This document shows positions 55,485-56,867 of a stretch of 56,867 nt of DNA, in pieces (the first letter of the stretch is position 1; each line of letters starts with the position of its first letter). The translations under genes and the position numbers were made by a program. The DNA comes from Candidatus Rokuibacteriota bacterium. Its GTDB lineage: Bacteria; JAUVQV01; DATDCY01. Below the pieces are notes generated by a model that ran no database searches, was not told the DNA's origin, and worked only from the letters and a program-made list of their open reading frames with translations. The stretch lies in assembly GCA_031406795.1 (NCBI GenBank), contig JANOHV010000108.1, positions 1-56,867 on the forward strand. The letters are read 5' to 3'.

Positions 55485-56260
55485 ACCCGGTAGCCGCGCG
55501 GGGTGACCATCCGCCCGCGGATGACCCGTGTCGTCGAGTTGCCGACGATCACGATGCTGCGCATGGTGATCTCCCGGTCGAGGAAACTCTCCAGGTCGGC
55601 GATCTCCACCCGCTCCTCCTCCGTGCCGATCGCCGTGCAGATGCCCACGGGCGTCGCCCCGGCGCGGTGCTTGCGGAAGATCGCCGCCGCCTGCCGGATC
55701 TGCTCGACGCGCTTGGTGCTCTTCGGGTTGTAGAGCGCGACGGCCAGGTCGGCGGCCGCCACGGCCTCCAGCCGGCGGCAGATGCCCTCCCAGGGCACCA
55801 GCAGATCGCTGAGGCTGATGCAGGCATAATCGAGCATCAGCGGCGCGCCCAGCCGCGCGGCGGCCGCTCCGGCCGCCGAGATCCCCGGCACGATCTCGAT
55901 GTCCACGCCGAAGCCCTCCGCGTCCGCCAGCTCCACCGCCAGCCCGGCCATGCCGTAGACGCCCGGGTCGCCCGACGAGACGAGCGCGACCGTCGCCCCG
56001 GCCGCGGCTCGCTTGAGCGCCTCCCGGCAGCGCTCGGTCTCCTTGCGCATTCCGGAGGAGAGCAGCTCCTTGCCGGCCGTCAGATCCTCGATCAGCTCCA
56101 GGTACGGCCGGTAACCGGCCACCACCGTGCTCTTGCCGATCGCCCGTTCGGCGCGGTGGGTGCGATCGAGCGGGCCGCCCGGGCCGATGCCTACGACAAA
56201 AAGCTTTCCCTGGCCAGGGCGACCGTCACCCCGTCGTACTTCCTCTTTGGGAGTAGTAAT
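55481..56260 (-). CDS. cbiH: precorrin-3B C17-methyltransferase; proposed AUU start
   Basis: KLFVVGIGPG, SSGDPGVYGMAG, ISLSDLL.PW, YNPKS, TPRGY; the start is inferred from AAGGAGG-N5-ATT. Confidence 0.88.
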   Translation of the reverse strand: MTTPKEEVRRGDGRPGQGKLFVVGIGPGGPLDRTHRAERAIGKSTVVAGYRPYLELIEDLTAGKELLSSGMRKETERCREALKRAAAGATVALVSSGDPGVYGMAGLAVELADAEGFGVDIEIVPGISAAGAAAARLGAPLMLDYACISLSDLLVPWEGICRRLEAVAAADLAVALYNPKSTKRVEQIRQAAAIFRKHRAGATPVGICTAIGTEEERVEIADLESFLDREITMRSIVIVGNSTTRVIRGRMVTPRGYRV

Positions 56261-56867
56261 GACGTCCTCCTTCCTGCCAGCAATGCGGCGGGTTCCGCCA
56301 CCGCGGGCACGTTGACTTTCTCCATCACGAATGCGGAGGGCTCGAACGCGCCGGCGAACGTCCTGATCGTCGCCGAGGCGATCACCCGGAACGGCACGCC
56401 CAGTTCCGCCGCCGCCTTGATCAACCCCGGCTCGCGGGCCTTGACGTCCGCCGACGCGATCAGCCGCACCGCTTCCAGCGAAACCCCGGCTTCTTCGAGC
56501 GCGGCGCGCACCGCGGCCTTGATCTTCGCGTCCGAGACCCCTTTCCTGCACCCCACGCCGACGATGATGTCCTTCTCGGCCTCGGTCGTCGTCGAAATCA
56601 CCGGCTCCGCGCCCGTCAGGTTCGCGATCTCCATCGTGAGGGCGTTCGCCCCGGCCTCGTGCCCCCCGACCAGGCTGACCGCGAACCGCGCCCCCACGTC
56701 GAGCACCACCACGGCCGGGTCCTCGAGCTTGCTCTTGACGCACCCGGCGACCGCCCGCACGACGACGCCGCAGGGCGCAATGTAGACCAGCCCGTCATAG
56801 CGCTCGAAAATCCGCTCCGTAAGCTCGACGACCCGGTCGAATTTCCTAACGCCCCGGCCGGCGCCCG
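56191..56867 (-). CDS. cbiG: cobalt-precorrin-5A hydrolase, 5' end outside the window
   Basis: GVVVRA, K..DPAVVVLD, SLVGGH..GAN, GVGCRKG, VAEPAA, GVTVALA. Confidence 0.9.
   Translation of the reverse strand, partial: GAGRGVRKFDRVVELTERIFERYDGLVYIAPCGVVVRAVAGCVKSKLEDPAVVVLDVGARFAVSLVGGHEAGANALTMEIANLTGAEPVISTTTEAEKDIIVGVGCRKGVSDAKIKAAVRAALEEAGVSLEAVRLIASADVKAREPGLIKAAAELGVPFRVIASATIRTFAGAFEPSAFVMEKVNVPAVAEPAALLAGRRTSLLLPKRKYDGVTVALARESFLS

Noticed and set aside
56191-56220. programmed -1 frameshift fusing CbiG and CbiH
   Set aside because: The G-GGA-AAG heptamer is not in the cbiG frame and C-TTT-TTG is a poor slippery site. SD plus ATT explains the region better.
1-56867. CRISPR array, tRNA/rRNA, IS or prophage
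   Set aside because: No regularly spaced repeats, RNA-gene signatures, transposase, integrase or phage genes were recognised by eye.

Overview
High-GC bacterial DNA from a probable anaerobe. There is no rRNA, tRNA, CRISPR array or recognisable transposase. The left part (1-26 kb) is mostly housekeeping: Ap4A phosphorylase, a membrane peptidase, a TMTC-like glycosyltransferase, cardiolipin synthase, a frameshifted mfd, and a Liv-type ABC transporter with two acyl-CoA ligases interrupted by a vapBC pair. It also holds a diguanylate cyclase, an aminotransferase and several DUF proteins. The ORF track splits one gene in two: a PrdB/GrdB-like selenoprotein with an in-frame UGA (UxxC motif) followed by a SECIS-like hairpin. 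The right part (26-56.9 kb) is a large corrinoid-dependent methyl-transfer locus built from two paralogous modules. It encodes five Zn-motif MtaA/CmuA/UroD-fold methyltransferases, an MtrH-like methyltransferase, two corrinoid proteins and two RACo/ASKHA activators. Unusual partners are a NorQ/NorD-type AAA+/VWA chaperone pair with no Nor or Rubisco client, a CobW-type GTPase, a QueG/dehalogenase-like Fe-S protein and a PAS kinase/NarL regulator. A divergent Ni-CODH (CxxC D-cluster, catalytic His replaced) is paired with DUF1638, and cobalamin genes cbiG-cbiH-cbiJ follow. cbiH appears to start at AUU. Several structured repeats are present. Family assignments come from motif recognition by eye, not from database searches.
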